Below, piece by piece: positions 17,922 through 27,545 of a DNA stretch of 64,000 nucleotides. The notes under the pieces were generated by a model. The model had not been told where the DNA came from and did no database searches. It worked only from the letters and a program-made list of their open reading frames with translations. How positions within the stretch are numbered: position 1 is the stretch's first letter; every line of letters begins with the position of its first letter. The DNA lies in the NCBI GenBank assembly GCA_965226795.1, contig CBDDDZ010000005.1:864001-928000 (forward strand), in the 5' to 3' direction. The stretch comes from Candidatus Latescibacterota bacterium (GTDB lineage Bacteria > Latescibacterota > UBA2968 > GCA-2709665). The translations under genes were made by a program, and so were the position numbers.

Positions 17922-19031
17922 ATGCACGAAAAAGACAATGCGTACGTCGAGTTCGAGGGTGTCAGCAAGAGTTTCGACGGCCGTACCCTCATCGTCGACA
18001 ACCTCGATCTCGGCGTCCGGAAGGGGGAGTTCCTGACCTTGCTCGGGCCGTCCGGATCGGGCAAGACAACCTGCCTGTTGATGCTCGCCGGCTTCGAAAC
18101 GCCCTCCTCGGGCGCGATCCGTATCGACGGGCGTTCCGTACATGCGCTGCCGCCGCGCAAGCGCGGGATCGGCATGGTCTTTCAGAATTACGCGCTCTTC
18201 CCCCACATGACGGTAGGTCACAACCTCGCCTTTCCTCTGGAGGTGCGCGGGCTCGACCCGGCGCAATGCAGGGAACGCGTGGCGCGAGCCCTGCGCCTCG
18301 TCCGCCTCGATGGCCTTGAGGACCGACGGCCCGCCCAGCTCTCCGGGGGCCAGCAGCAGCGTGTGGCCATCGCCCGCGCGCTGGTCTTCGAGCCCGATCT
18401 GGTGCTGATGGACGAGCCGCTCGGTGCGCTTGACCGCCGCCTGCGGGAGGAGATGCAATATGAGATCCGGCGTATCCACAAGAGCCTGGGCGTCACCGTG
18501 TTGTACGTAACGCCCGATCAGGAGGAGGCGATGGTCATGTCGGACCGGATCGCCGTGCTTCGGGGCGGAGACATCGAGCAGGTCGCCGAACCCGAGGTTC
18601 TCTACGAAGAGCCGGAACGCTCGTTTGTCGCCCGCTTCATCGGCGAAAACAATCGCCTGCACGGCCGGGTGACGAAAGTGGTCGGGGACATCTGCGAGGT
18701 CGAGACGAGCGGTCAGGTCATCAGCGCACTTCGCGTTGCGCCGTGCGGTTCGGGAGACGCCACAACCCTTTCGATCCGACCGGAGCGGGTCGCGATCTCG
18801 CCTGAACCCGGTCTATATACGAACGAACTCGACGCAATAATCGAGGATATCACTTTTCTGGGCGACCACCTGCGGGTTCGTGTTAGTGTCTGCGGACGTA
18901 CGGATTTTATTGCGAAAATACCGAATATCGCGGGGCACGGCGCGATGCTGGCGGGCGACCGGGTTCGGATCGGATGGACGCCGACGGACTGCCGGGTGCT
19001 GGACCCGGATGACGAGGCGGAAACGATATGA
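17922..19031 (+). CDS. Polyamine-type ABC transporter ATP-binding protein (PotA-like), H-loop His replaced by Pro
   Basis: [45 protein letters not shown]-terminal TOBE-like region. Confidence 0.92.
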   Translation: MHEKDNAYVEFEGVSKSFDGRTLIVDNLDLGVRKGEFLTLLGPSGSGKTTCLLMLAGFETPSSGAIRIDGRSVHALPPRKRGIGMVFQNYALFPHMTVGHNLAFPLEVRGLDPAQCRERVARALRLVRLDGLEDRRPAQLSGGQQQRVAIARALVFEPDLVLMDEPLGALDRRLREEMQYEIRRIHKSLGVTVLYVTPDQEEAMVMSDRIAVLRGGDIEQVAEPEVLYEEPERSFVARFIGENNRLHGRVTKVVGDICEVETSGQVISALRVAPCGSGDATTLSIRPERVAISPEPGLYTNELDAIIEDITFLGDHLRVRVSVCGRTDFIAKIPNIAGHGAMLAGDRVRIGWTPTDCRVLDPDDEAETI

Positions 19032-20128
19032 AAGACGTTGGGAGGAAGGTCGTCCGTATCGCGAGGCTGGTGGGCCTGTCCGTGCTGATCGCGGGTACCT
19101 CCGTTGCCGGTGAACGACCGCTGACCGTGGTGTCGTGGGGCGGGTCCTACGCCCGTGCGTGCGTTAAGGGATACCACGAGCGGTTCACCGCCGAAACAGG
19201 GATTGTCGTCAATATGGAAGATTTCAACGGCGGCCTGGCGCAGGTCCGCGCGCAGGTGGACGTGGGAAACGTATTCTGGGACGTGGTGGACCTGGAGATT
19301 GCCGACTTGGTGCGCGGCTGCAACGAGGGCCTGCTGAAGCCCATTTCGGTGGAATCACTGCCCGCCGGGGCAGACGGAACGCCCGCTGCGGAAGACTTTC
19401 TCCCCGGTACGGTAACGGAATGCGGTGCGACGACACTGTTCAGTTCCACCATATTCGCTTACAACAAGCAGCATATTTCCGGCGAGAAACCCGCCGCCAT
19501 CGCCGACTTCTTCGATCTAAAGCGATTTCCGGGACGCCGTGGCATGCGGCGTTCGCCCCTGGTGAACCTCGAGTTCGCCCTGATGGCCGACGGCGTGCCC
19601 ATTGACTCGGTCTACGCCACGCTCGATACGCCGGAAGGTGTGGACCGCGCCTTCCGCAAGCTGGACACCATCAAGGAATACGTCGTATGGTGGGAGGCCG
19701 GGGCGCAGCCGCCGCAGATGCTGGCCGACGGAGAGGTCGTGATGACAACGGCCTACAATGGACGTATCTTCAATGCCCAGGTGCTGGAGAATCAGCCCTT
19801 TGTCATCGTGTGGGACGGCCAGTTCTTCAGCACGAGCGGGCTCGCGGTTGTCGCGGGAACCCCCAATCTCGATGCCGCAATGAAGTTTGTGAATTTTGCC
19901 GCGCGCGCGGAATCCATGGCCGGCCTGGGCCGGTATATTTCCTACAGCCCGGCGCGCCGGTCCGCGATGGCCCTGATTGACACGCACGCAGAGAAAGGCG
20001 TGGATATGAATCCGCACATGCCCACCAGTCCTCAGAATATGAAGCGCGCCCTGCGGAGCAACTGGGAATGGTGGAGCGATCACCTGGACGAAATGAACGA
20101 GCGCTTCAGCGCCTGGCTGGCGCGCTGA
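19028..20128 (+). CDS. Polyamine-type ABC transporter substrate-binding protein (PotD/PotF-like)
   Basis: Signal peptide, LTVVSWGGSY, DFFDLKRFPGRRG, LEFALMADGV, AYNGRI, ERFSAWLA. Confidence 0.92.
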   Translation: MKDVGRKVVRIARLVGLSVLIAGTSVAGERPLTVVSWGGSYARACVKGYHERFTAETGIVVNMEDFNGGLAQVRAQVDVGNVFWDVVDLEIADLVRGCNEGLLKPISVESLPAGADGTPAAEDFLPGTVTECGATTLFSSTIFAYNKQHISGEKPAAIADFFDLKRFPGRRGMRRSPLVNLEFALMADGVPIDSVYATLDTPEGVDRAFRKLDTIKEYVVWWEAGAQPPQMLADGEVVMTTAYNGRIFNAQVLENQPFVIVWDGQFFSTSGLAVVAGTPNLDAAMKFVNFAARAESMAGLGRYISYSPARRSAMALIDTHAEKGVDMNPHMPTSPQNMKRALRSNWEWWSDHLDEMNERFSAWLAR

Positions 20129-20209
20129 CGGCGATTCCCATTCACGATAGACGGCTGTCTTAAGGTTGCGGTCGTCGAAATCCAAGGCGGCACCGGAAAG
20201 TCACGGAAA

Positions 20210-22253
20210 ATGGAAACACAGCGGAATCTCGCACTTGACGATCCACATACCCGTACACGGAGCGAGGGGCTGGAAGTGGTCTATGCGTCCGCTACCGGTT
20301 CGGCGACGTTTGAAAGGGCGGCTCTATTTGGCGGCTTTACAGCCATGCGTGCGTTCACGTATACGCCAAGCATACCCATGATTATGGGGCTGCTCAGGGA
20401 CTACGACTACGAGGATTTCGAGTGTATTTTCGGACACAGCGGTATCCTGTCCCGGGACGCTGCCGACCTGTTGGCGTTCCAGGCCGTTGTTGATGAAAAG
20501 CTGAATAAGGGATTCGTCGGAATCAAGGATCTCTCCGAAGGACGCAGAAAAACCATTTACGATCGAGCGGCGGATGAGACCGCTCGGTTTTTTGTCGTCA
20601 AGGACGTTATCGCGCACGCCAAAATCTATCTTTTGGAGCGGGAAGGACTTCGGAGGGTCGTTGTCGGCTCGGCAAACCTTTCGGAGACAGCGTTCTCCGG
20701 GCGCCAGGCCGAGACGTTGATTGCCTTCGACAACGACAGCGTGGCATGGGACCATTTCAGTTGCCAGTACGATGCGGTCCGGGAAATTGCTTCGAGCCGG
20801 GTACCTCTGCGGGAAAAGCCCATACCGGCCGAGCTCATGCCGATCGAAGAGACACCTGCACTGAAGCAGGCCGAAAGCAGCAGCAACGGCGTCTCGATTT
20901 TTGTTCCGGCCGAAAACGAAGGCGAGCCCGAATTCAGCGTACCTCAAGTCCTTTCACAGGTTGAACAGATCAAGCCGGTCCGCCGGCAGGCGCTGGCCGA
21001 CATCCGCAAGGACAAAAACGGAATCATCAAATTCACGGCAAAGATCGTCAAACAGATGACGCGCATCGGCACGTCCAGGCATGAGGAGGAGGGTCCGAAG
21101 ACGTACCTTTCCTGCAACGGCAGTGTCTTCACGCTCTCTGGTCGTGAATTCAGCCTTGAGGTCGACCCCTCTCAGGTCCGCAGTGACGTCGGGTGCCTGG
21201 TTGGAGTTCTTCGGGAATTATGAGAATGGATTCGTGGGTGATATTTCCAGGTTGCAGCGGGATTACTTCACATTCATGTGCTGGTTCTATTTTTCGCCGT
21301 TGATGTGCGACCTGAGAAATGCCGCCCTGCGCCAAAGCCGCTTCAGCTTCGACCAGCCGATGTTCGCGGTTCTCTACGGGCAGAGCAATTGCGGCAAGAG
21401 TAGCCTTATCGAGACGCTGATGGCGTCGATGTTTTCGCACCCCAGAATCGTCGAGACGCAGTATTTCACGCGCAGCAACCTTCGCGGTTTGCAGGAATCC
21501 TATAAGCGTTTTCCAGTGGTGTTTGATGATGTCACGCGAGATCGCTTCAGCCGTCATGCCCCCGAAATCATTAAGAATGAGACGATTACGTATTCGGAGT
21601 ACCCGTGTTTTGCGCTTTCCATGAACGCCGATGCGCGAAGCTTTTTGCCTGAAATCGTAAAACGCTGCCTGATGATATATACGAGAACGTCGCTTCCGGG
21701 TGACGATCCCACCGCCCGTCGAAAACTCCAGAGGTCCGTCGCATCGATTCGGGAAAGGCTTACCACGTCCCTCTACCGGTTGTATCTGAAGAGGATGCTT
21801 GCGGAGATGGATGCCCTGCGCGAATCTGACGGATCGGAGGGCGATGACGTGGATGCGCTCGAGCTTTCGTCAACCGTGTTATGCCGCATTTTCGAGGAGA
21901 ATCTGCCGTCCGGAACCGAAATCCCTACATGGTGCTCACCCATGACCTTGAGTGAATATCAGAGCCGCGCGTTTGAAAGGCCACGCCTTATACTTGCCAA
22001 TCTTCTGCACCCGGACAAATACAGCGTTGAACGCAAACCTGCAGCCGGCAGTTGGACCACTACAGGAGACGCTGTAATCATCGCGGCGGATATTATGGCG
22101 TCCAGCCGCATGAAAAGCGATATTCCGGACTGGATCCTGGACGATACCGCAAGCGTATCGGACCAGATCGTCCTTAATCGCGACCGGTTGGAATCGTTTC
22201 TGGAACAACGCGTGAGCCCCCCGAGTCGCTGGCGCCGCCTATTCGGAGCCTGA
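20210..22253 (+). pseudogene. PLD-family nuclease fused to a P-loop NTPase, split by a +1 frameshift at about 21191-21193
   Basis: HAKIYLLE...VVGSANLS...Q.E (HKD nuclease) in 20210-21223; GQSNCGKSS, VVFDD, ALSMN in 21081-22253. Removing one G of GGG gives a continuous ...VRSDVGAWLEFFGNYENG... of about 680 aa. Confidence 0.75.
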
Positions 22254-22305
22254 GATGACCTGTGCGTGCAGGCGTCTATTCGACAATCACTGAGTGAGGT
22301 TCGCA

Positions 22306-23505
22306 ATGGCCGGAGAACGGAAACTGAGGATTGCGCAGGTGGGCTGCGGCAGCCGCGGGCTGGGCGTACGGCTGCCGGCGATCCGGATGATGTCGGACGT
22401 CTTCGAATTCGCCGCCGTGTGCGACGTGGATGCGGGTAAAGCGCGCGCAGTCGGCGCGGAATATGGGGTCCCTGCTTATTCGCGTGTTCAGGATCTGGCG
22501 GCGAATGAAGACCTGGACATCGCGGCCGTGAGTACGCCGGGCGACTCACACCACGCCATCGGCGCCTATCTGGCTGAGCGAGGCGTGAATCTCATCGTGG
22601 AGACCCCAATTTCTCCGACGCTGCAGACTGCCGACGTCCTGATCGGAGGCGCCGAGCGAGGCGGGGTGAAGCTGGAGGTTGCCGAACAGTTTTTCCGGGA
22701 ACCTATACATCTGATGAAGCGACGGGCGATCGAAGCCGGGGCTATTGGGGACGTTCTGCGGGTTTTCTCCCTGTTTCAGACGGGCGGCTATCACATCGTG
22801 AGCAATGTGCGGGCGATGGTGTGCGATTCCGAGGCCATACGGGTCACCGGCCTGGCGATGAATTCGCCGATTCCCAGGGTAAATATCAGCGAGATTCGGC
22901 AGTATGAAACCGAATACTGGACGATGGATCTGGTCGAGTTCGAGAACGGGGCATTGGCCGTGATGTCCTATTCATCCATGTATCACGGGCGGGCGCTCGG
23001 GCGCAAGAGCAAAACGTTGTTTCAGGTGGACGGTACCACGGGGACGATCGTGGAGGATGAGTTGCATACGACCACGGAAGCGCAGCGCCTGAATGGTGGC
23101 CGCGCCACCGTCTGCCCGATCAGGACGGAAACGCGCGAAATGAATGGGATGCAGGTGCTCGACCGGATGGTGGTGGAGACCGACCCACCGCTGGTGTGGG
23201 AGAATCCGTGGTCCCAGTACCGGACGCCTCCGGGCGGGTTGGCGATCGTGGAAGAAATGGACAGCATCGCACGAGCGGTTCTGGACGACCTGCCAACCCG
23301 ATATGACGGGAGGCGGGCTCGGAAGGACATCGAGATCGAATTGGCGGTGGCGGAGTCCGGGCGGCTGGGTCGGAAACCGGTGGACTTGCCGTTGAAGGAA
23401 CCCACGGCGAGAGAAACGAGACTTCTTGAACAATTCGTGCGGGATTACGCGTGCGATCCGTTCGACGTGGAAGCTTGCGTGGATGTATTCTTTCCGAAGA
23501 GGTAG
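22306..23505 (+). CDS. Gfo/Idh/MocA family oxidoreductase
   Basis: IAQVGCGSRG Rossmann fold, AVCDVD, STPGDSH, VETP variant of EKP. Confidence 0.88.
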   Translation: MAGERKLRIAQVGCGSRGLGVRLPAIRMMSDVFEFAAVCDVDAGKARAVGAEYGVPAYSRVQDLAANEDLDIAAVSTPGDSHHAIGAYLAERGVNLIVETPISPTLQTADVLIGGAERGGVKLEVAEQFFREPIHLMKRRAIEAGAIGDVLRVFSLFQTGGYHIVSNVRAMVCDSEAIRVTGLAMNSPIPRVNISEIRQYETEYWTMDLVEFENGALAVMSYSSMYHGRALGRKSKTLFQVDGTTGTIVEDELHTTTEAQRLNGGRATVCPIRTETREMNGMQVLDRMVVETDPPLVWENPWSQYRTPPGGLAIVEEMDSIARAVLDDLPTRYDGRRARKDIEIELAVAESGRLGRKPVDLPLKEPTARETRLLEQFVRDYACDPFDVEACVDVFFPKR

Positions 23506-23544
23506 TTGATTTCCCTGGAACTCCGAGTCCCGGAGATGTCGAGA

Positions 23545-24645
23545 ATGGGTAAAGGTCGCACATTCCCACCCGAGGAAAGAACCCTGACGGACGAAAAAAC
23601 GGGTGCATCCATCCGTCAGATCACGGATCATCCCTCGACCAATCACAATCTGTACTTTTCGAACCCCTCGTGGACGCCCGACGGAAAAACCATCGTGTTT
23701 ACCTCGTATCGTTCCGGACGACCCAACCTCTTCAAAATGGACGAGGCCAGTGGCGCGATAACGCAGTTGACCGATACGGAAGGGTTCGGGGGCTTCGCCG
23801 CCTGCCCGGCACGCGACGGGAACCGGGTATTTTACAATGCCGCCGGAAAAGTACGCGCCGTGGACCTGGACACATTGGAGGAATCGGTTCTCGCCGATTT
23901 CGGTAGGGGTAGCGCGGGCGGGTGCAGTCTCTCGGCGGATGGAAAGCGCCTGGTGACCTCGTTGCAGCGAAACGGATATTCGGCGGTGGTTGCCGTGGAG
24001 ACAGACGGGTCCGGATACCGCGTGGTGCGTGAACCGCCCCGCGCCGTCGGCCATGTACAGGTCTGCCCGGTCGATCCGGACCTGATGCTGTATTCGAGCG
24101 ACGTGAATCAGCGTATGTGGGAGGTGAGGATTGACGGAAGCGGCGAACGCGCGCTGTTTGAACACGACAGGTCGGTATGGATTACCCACGAGACGTTTCT
24201 GGGCCGCTCCGATGAAGTGATGTTCGTACACTGGCCCTGTGCCCTGCGGGCAATCAGGGCGGGGGAGGACGAAGATCGGACCATTGCAGCGTTCAATGTC
24301 TGGCATCCTTCGCCACGTCCGGATGGATCCCTCATTGTATGCGACACCACCTGTCCGGATATAGGGTTGCAACTTATCGATCCGAAGACCGGGGAACACC
24401 AGACGCTGTGCTTTCCAGGCAGTTCCAATGGGGGTTCGCAGTGGGCGGACACGGTCCCCGCGGATGACGACAAGACCGTTCCTGAAACTTACGGACCCCA
24501 GTGGTCCCACCCACACCCCTCGTTCAGTCCCGACGGGAAGCGGGTCATCTTTACCTCGGATCGAACCGGCAGCAGCCAGATTTACGTGGTGGATGTGCCC
24601 GATAAGGGCGCGCCCTTTGCTACAGATGCCGCTTGCGAACTGTAG
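23545..24645 (+). CDS. Oligogalacturonate lyase-like / TolB-type beta-propeller protein
   Basis: MGKGRTF, DEKTGASIRQIT, HNLYF..PSWTPDG, THETF, HPHPSFSPDGKRVIFTSDRTG. Confidence 0.82.
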   Translation: MGKGRTFPPEERTLTDEKTGASIRQITDHPSTNHNLYFSNPSWTPDGKTIVFTSYRSGRPNLFKMDEASGAITQLTDTEGFGGFAACPARDGNRVFYNAAGKVRAVDLDTLEESVLADFGRGSAGGCSLSADGKRLVTSLQRNGYSAVVAVETDGSGYRVVREPPRAVGHVQVCPVDPDLMLYSSDVNQRMWEVRIDGSGERALFEHDRSVWITHETFLGRSDEVMFVHWPCALRAIRAGEDEDRTIAAFNVWHPSPRPDGSLIVCDTTCPDIGLQLIDPKTGEHQTLCFPGSSNGGSQWADTVPADDDKTVPETYGPQWSHPHPSFSPDGKRVIFTSDRTGSSQIYVVDVPDKGAPFATDAACEL

Positions 24646-24657
24646 GACAAAAAATGC

Positions 24658-24686
24658 TTGACTCCCGGCGAGCAAATCTGTAGATT
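24658..24686 (+). promoter_or_regulatory. sigma70-type promoter upstream of the TPR lipoprotein and moxR-bat genes
   Basis: TTGACT, 17 nt, TAGATT. Confidence 0.5.
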
Positions 24687-24964
24687 TGCGTTTCGCCTCT
24701 GCTTTGAATTATCCTCAATAAAATAAAGAAGATATAGACATCTGCCTCCGATGTTGCGGAGGACGGAAGCGTCCATGTCATTGCCTGGACGCTTCCTTCA
24801 GGAGTCGACGGGTTTGGGGTGACGGCCGGTAACGCAACGCGTTCAAGCCCGTCTTGCCGGTGCCGGGTCGGAACGGGCGCGACGCCTGCGAGCTGTGCGT
24901 TGAAAATTCCGGAACCGGGATACGGTTAAAGTGTTTTTTTATTAGGAAGGAGCGGAACTCCAGA

Positions 24965-25456
24965 ATGATCCGGTGGACATGGGTTCTCGGAATGGCGGCG
25001 TCGCTTGCTTTCGGGTGCGCCCGCGAGTCCGCGGACGAGCTTTTTGCAAACGGGGAGGCGGCAAGCCACAAGGAGGCGACCTATCCGCAGGCAGAGGCGC
25101 ATCTCAAGAAATTCCTGGATTTTTATCCGGATGACCCGAGGGCGGACCTGGCCATGCATGGGCTGGCGCGCGTGCTGCTGAATCGACACAAATTTGACGA
25201 GGCGATCGGGTTTTATGAGACACTGGTTCGGCGTTTCCCGGAAAGCCGATACGCGGACCAGGCCCAGTTCATGGTTGGGTACGCCTACGATCTCCAGGGA
25301 AAATATCAACGCGCTCGTGAAGCTTATCAGAAAGTCATCGATATGTTTCCTGATTCGGAATTGAACGATGATGCCTCCATTTCAATCAGGAATCTCGGGA
25401 AGCCGCCCGAAGAATGGTTTCCTGTGGATTCGACCTCAACCACAAAGGTAAACTGA
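24965..25456 (+). CDS. TPR lipoprotein (BamD/CpoB-like repeats)
   Basis: Lipobox LAFGC; repeats ...YPDDPRA, FPESRYADQAQFMVG, FPDSEL; AGGAG RBS. Confidence 0.82.
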   Translation: MIRWTWVLGMAASLAFGCARESADELFANGEAASHKEATYPQAEAHLKKFLDFYPDDPRADLAMHGLARVLLNRHKFDEAIGFYETLVRRFPESRYADQAQFMVGYAYDLQGKYQRAREAYQKVIDMFPDSELNDDASISIRNLGKPPEEWFPVDSTSTTKVN

Positions 25457-25653
25457 ATCGGGAATGGGTGTGACTAACGATCAGGTTCGGAATGAGATCT
25501 ATACCGCCGCGCCCCGACTCGACTTCTCCCGCCGTTTCAGGCTGTCAGACAGTTCGTGAGGCCATGTCTTCTCGTAATTCTTTCACTGGAACCCAGCCGG
25601 GCGGAATGGTTATATACGGAAACCGTCCGGTCTTCTTTTTGTAGGATTCAACG

Positions 25654-26649
25654 ATGATGATTGCAGCCGATATCCAGCAACTGAACGATGAAGTGGAACG
25701 GGAGAGCGGGTTTGTCCAGCGCCTGACGGCCGAGGTGGGCCGGGTGATCGTGGGTCAGCAGTCCATGGTGGAACGGCTGTTGATCGGGCTGCTGTGCAAT
25801 GGCCACGTGCTGCTCGAAGGCGTTCCCGGTCTGGCAAAGACGTTAACCATCACGACGTTGGCGCGGGCCATTCATGCCTCGTTCAGCCGAATCCAGTTTA
25901 CACCCGATCTGTTGCCTGCGGATTTGATCGGCACCATGATCTACAACCAGGCGACCGGCGAGTTCATGCCCAAAAAGGGTCCGGTTTTCGCGCAACTTGT
26001 ACTTGCGGACGAAGTGAACAGGGCACCCGCCAAGGTTCAGAGTGCCATGCTTGAGGCGATGCAGGAGTGCCAGGTAACCATCGGCGATCAAACCTTTCCG
26101 ATGGACGATCCGTTTCTGGTTCTGGCGACGCAGAATCCCATCGAGCAGGAGGGAACCTACCCCCTTCCGGAAGCTCAGGTCGACCGCTTCATGATGAAGG
26201 TACGCGTCACCTATCCGCGGCGGGAAGAGGAGCGGGCAATTATCGATCGGATGGAGGGCGGGGAACCGCCGGTAGCAAACCCCGTAGTCCGGCCCGAGGA
26301 TATCATACGCGCGCGCGGCGTTGTCGACCGGGTGTACGTCGACGACAAGATCAAGGACTACATCGTCAGCTTGATGTTGGCAACCCGGGACCCGGCGGCC
26401 TTCGGCATTCCGGATCTCAACGCGCTGATTGAATACGGGTGTTCGCCGCGAGGATCCATTTTCCTGACGCGGGCGGCCAAGGCGCACGCCTTTTTGCGGC
26501 GCAGGGGATACGTGACGCCGGAAGATGTGAAAGCCATGGGCCTGGACATACTCCGTCACCGGGTGATTGTAACCTACGAAGCGGAGGCCGAGGAGGTCGA
26601 TTCGGAGGATATCGTCCGCCGGATATTCGATCATGTCGAGGTGCCCTGA
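25654..26649 (+). CDS. moxR: MoxR family AAA+ ATPase
   Basis: LEGVPGLAKT, RIQFTPDLLPAD, LADEVNRAPAKVQSA, ATQNPIEQEGTYPLPEAQVDRF. Confidence 0.96.
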   Translation: MMIAADIQQLNDEVERESGFVQRLTAEVGRVIVGQQSMVERLLIGLLCNGHVLLEGVPGLAKTLTITTLARAIHASFSRIQFTPDLLPADLIGTMIYNQATGEFMPKKGPVFAQLVLADEVNRAPAKVQSAMLEAMQECQVTIGDQTFPMDDPFLVLATQNPIEQEGTYPLPEAQVDRFMMKVRVTYPRREEERAIIDRMEGGEPPVANPVVRPEDIIRARGVVDRVYVDDKIKDYIVSLMLATRDPAAFGIPDLNALIEYGCSPRGSIFLTRAAKAHAFLRRRGYVTPEDVKAMGLDILRHRVIVTYEAEAEEVDSEDIVRRIFDHVEVP

Positions 26650-26653
26650 CGCG

Positions 26654-27535
26654 ATGATTCCCGCCGAGATACTCAAGAAAGTCAGGCGCATCGAACTGCG
26701 CACGCGGCACCTGGTCGATACGGTGTTTTCAGGGGAGTACCATTCCGTATTCAAAGGGCAGGGGATGGCGTTTTCGGAAGTGCGGGAATACCAGGTGGGG
26801 GACGACATCCGGTCCATAGATTGGAACGTCACCGCGCGGATGGGACATCCCTTTGTGAAGGTGTACGACGAGGAACGCGAGCTTACGGTAATGCTGATGG
26901 TGGATGCCAGCGCATCCGGAGATTTCGGAACGGTTTCGCAGATGAAGGGCGAAATCGGGGTCGAGATTTGTGCCTTGCTGGCATTCTCAGCCATACAGAA
27001 CAACGATCGGGTGGGCCTGATTATCTTCACCGACGATGTGGAGGCGTTTATACCGCCGAAAAAGGGCAAGAGGCACGTGTTGCGCGTGATACGGGAACTG
27101 TTGTACTTCCGGCCCAGCCGGCGGGGTACGGACATCGGTGCGGCGCTGGACTATCTCAACCGGATCAACAAACGCAAGAGCGTGGTGTTTCTGGTTTCCG
27201 ACTTTCTGGCATCCGGCTATGAGGCCGCGTTGCGGGTGTCCGGCAGGCGACACGACCTGATTGCGGTTGTGCTTCAGGATCCCCGTGAACGTGAATTTCC
27301 GGATGTCGGTCTCGTGGAGGTGGAAGACGCGGAAACGGGCCGGGAGATGCTCGTGGATACCTCAGACCAGGAATTCCGGTATCAGTTCAGGCAGTTGACC
27401 GACAGATTGGAGGAACGGAGGGAGCAGCTGTTCCGTTCCGTTGGCATCGACCGCGTGCATATCCATACAGAGGCGTCTTATATAGACGCGCTGATGCGGT
27501 TTTTCCGGAAACGGGCGAAACAGATCGCGGTATAG
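26654..27535 (+). CDS. DUF58 (VWA-like) protein
   Basis: GEYHSVFKGQGMAFSEVREY..GDDIRSIDWNVTAR, VDASAS. Confidence 0.94.
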   Translation: MIPAEILKKVRRIELRTRHLVDTVFSGEYHSVFKGQGMAFSEVREYQVGDDIRSIDWNVTARMGHPFVKVYDEERELTVMLMVDASASGDFGTVSQMKGEIGVEICALLAFSAIQNNDRVGLIIFTDDVEAFIPPKKGKRHVLRVIRELLYFRPSRRGTDIGAALDYLNRINKRKSVVFLVSDFLASGYEAALRVSGRRHDLIAVVLQDPREREFPDVGLVEVEDAETGREMLVDTSDQEFRYQFRQLTDRLEERREQLFRSVGIDRVHIHTEASYIDALMRFFRKRAKQIAV

Positions 27536-27545
27536 GGAGGACGTT

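Noticed and set aside
20119..20132. Shared CGCGC-TGACG junction motif before each foreign segment
   Set aside because: TGACG also follows the stops of moxR, secE and rplA; expected in GC-rich DNA
21181..21200. Programmed ribosomal frameshift joining the PLD and NTPase ORFs
   Set aside because: No recognisable slippery heptamer or stimulatory structure; a single-base insertion in GGG is the simpler explanation
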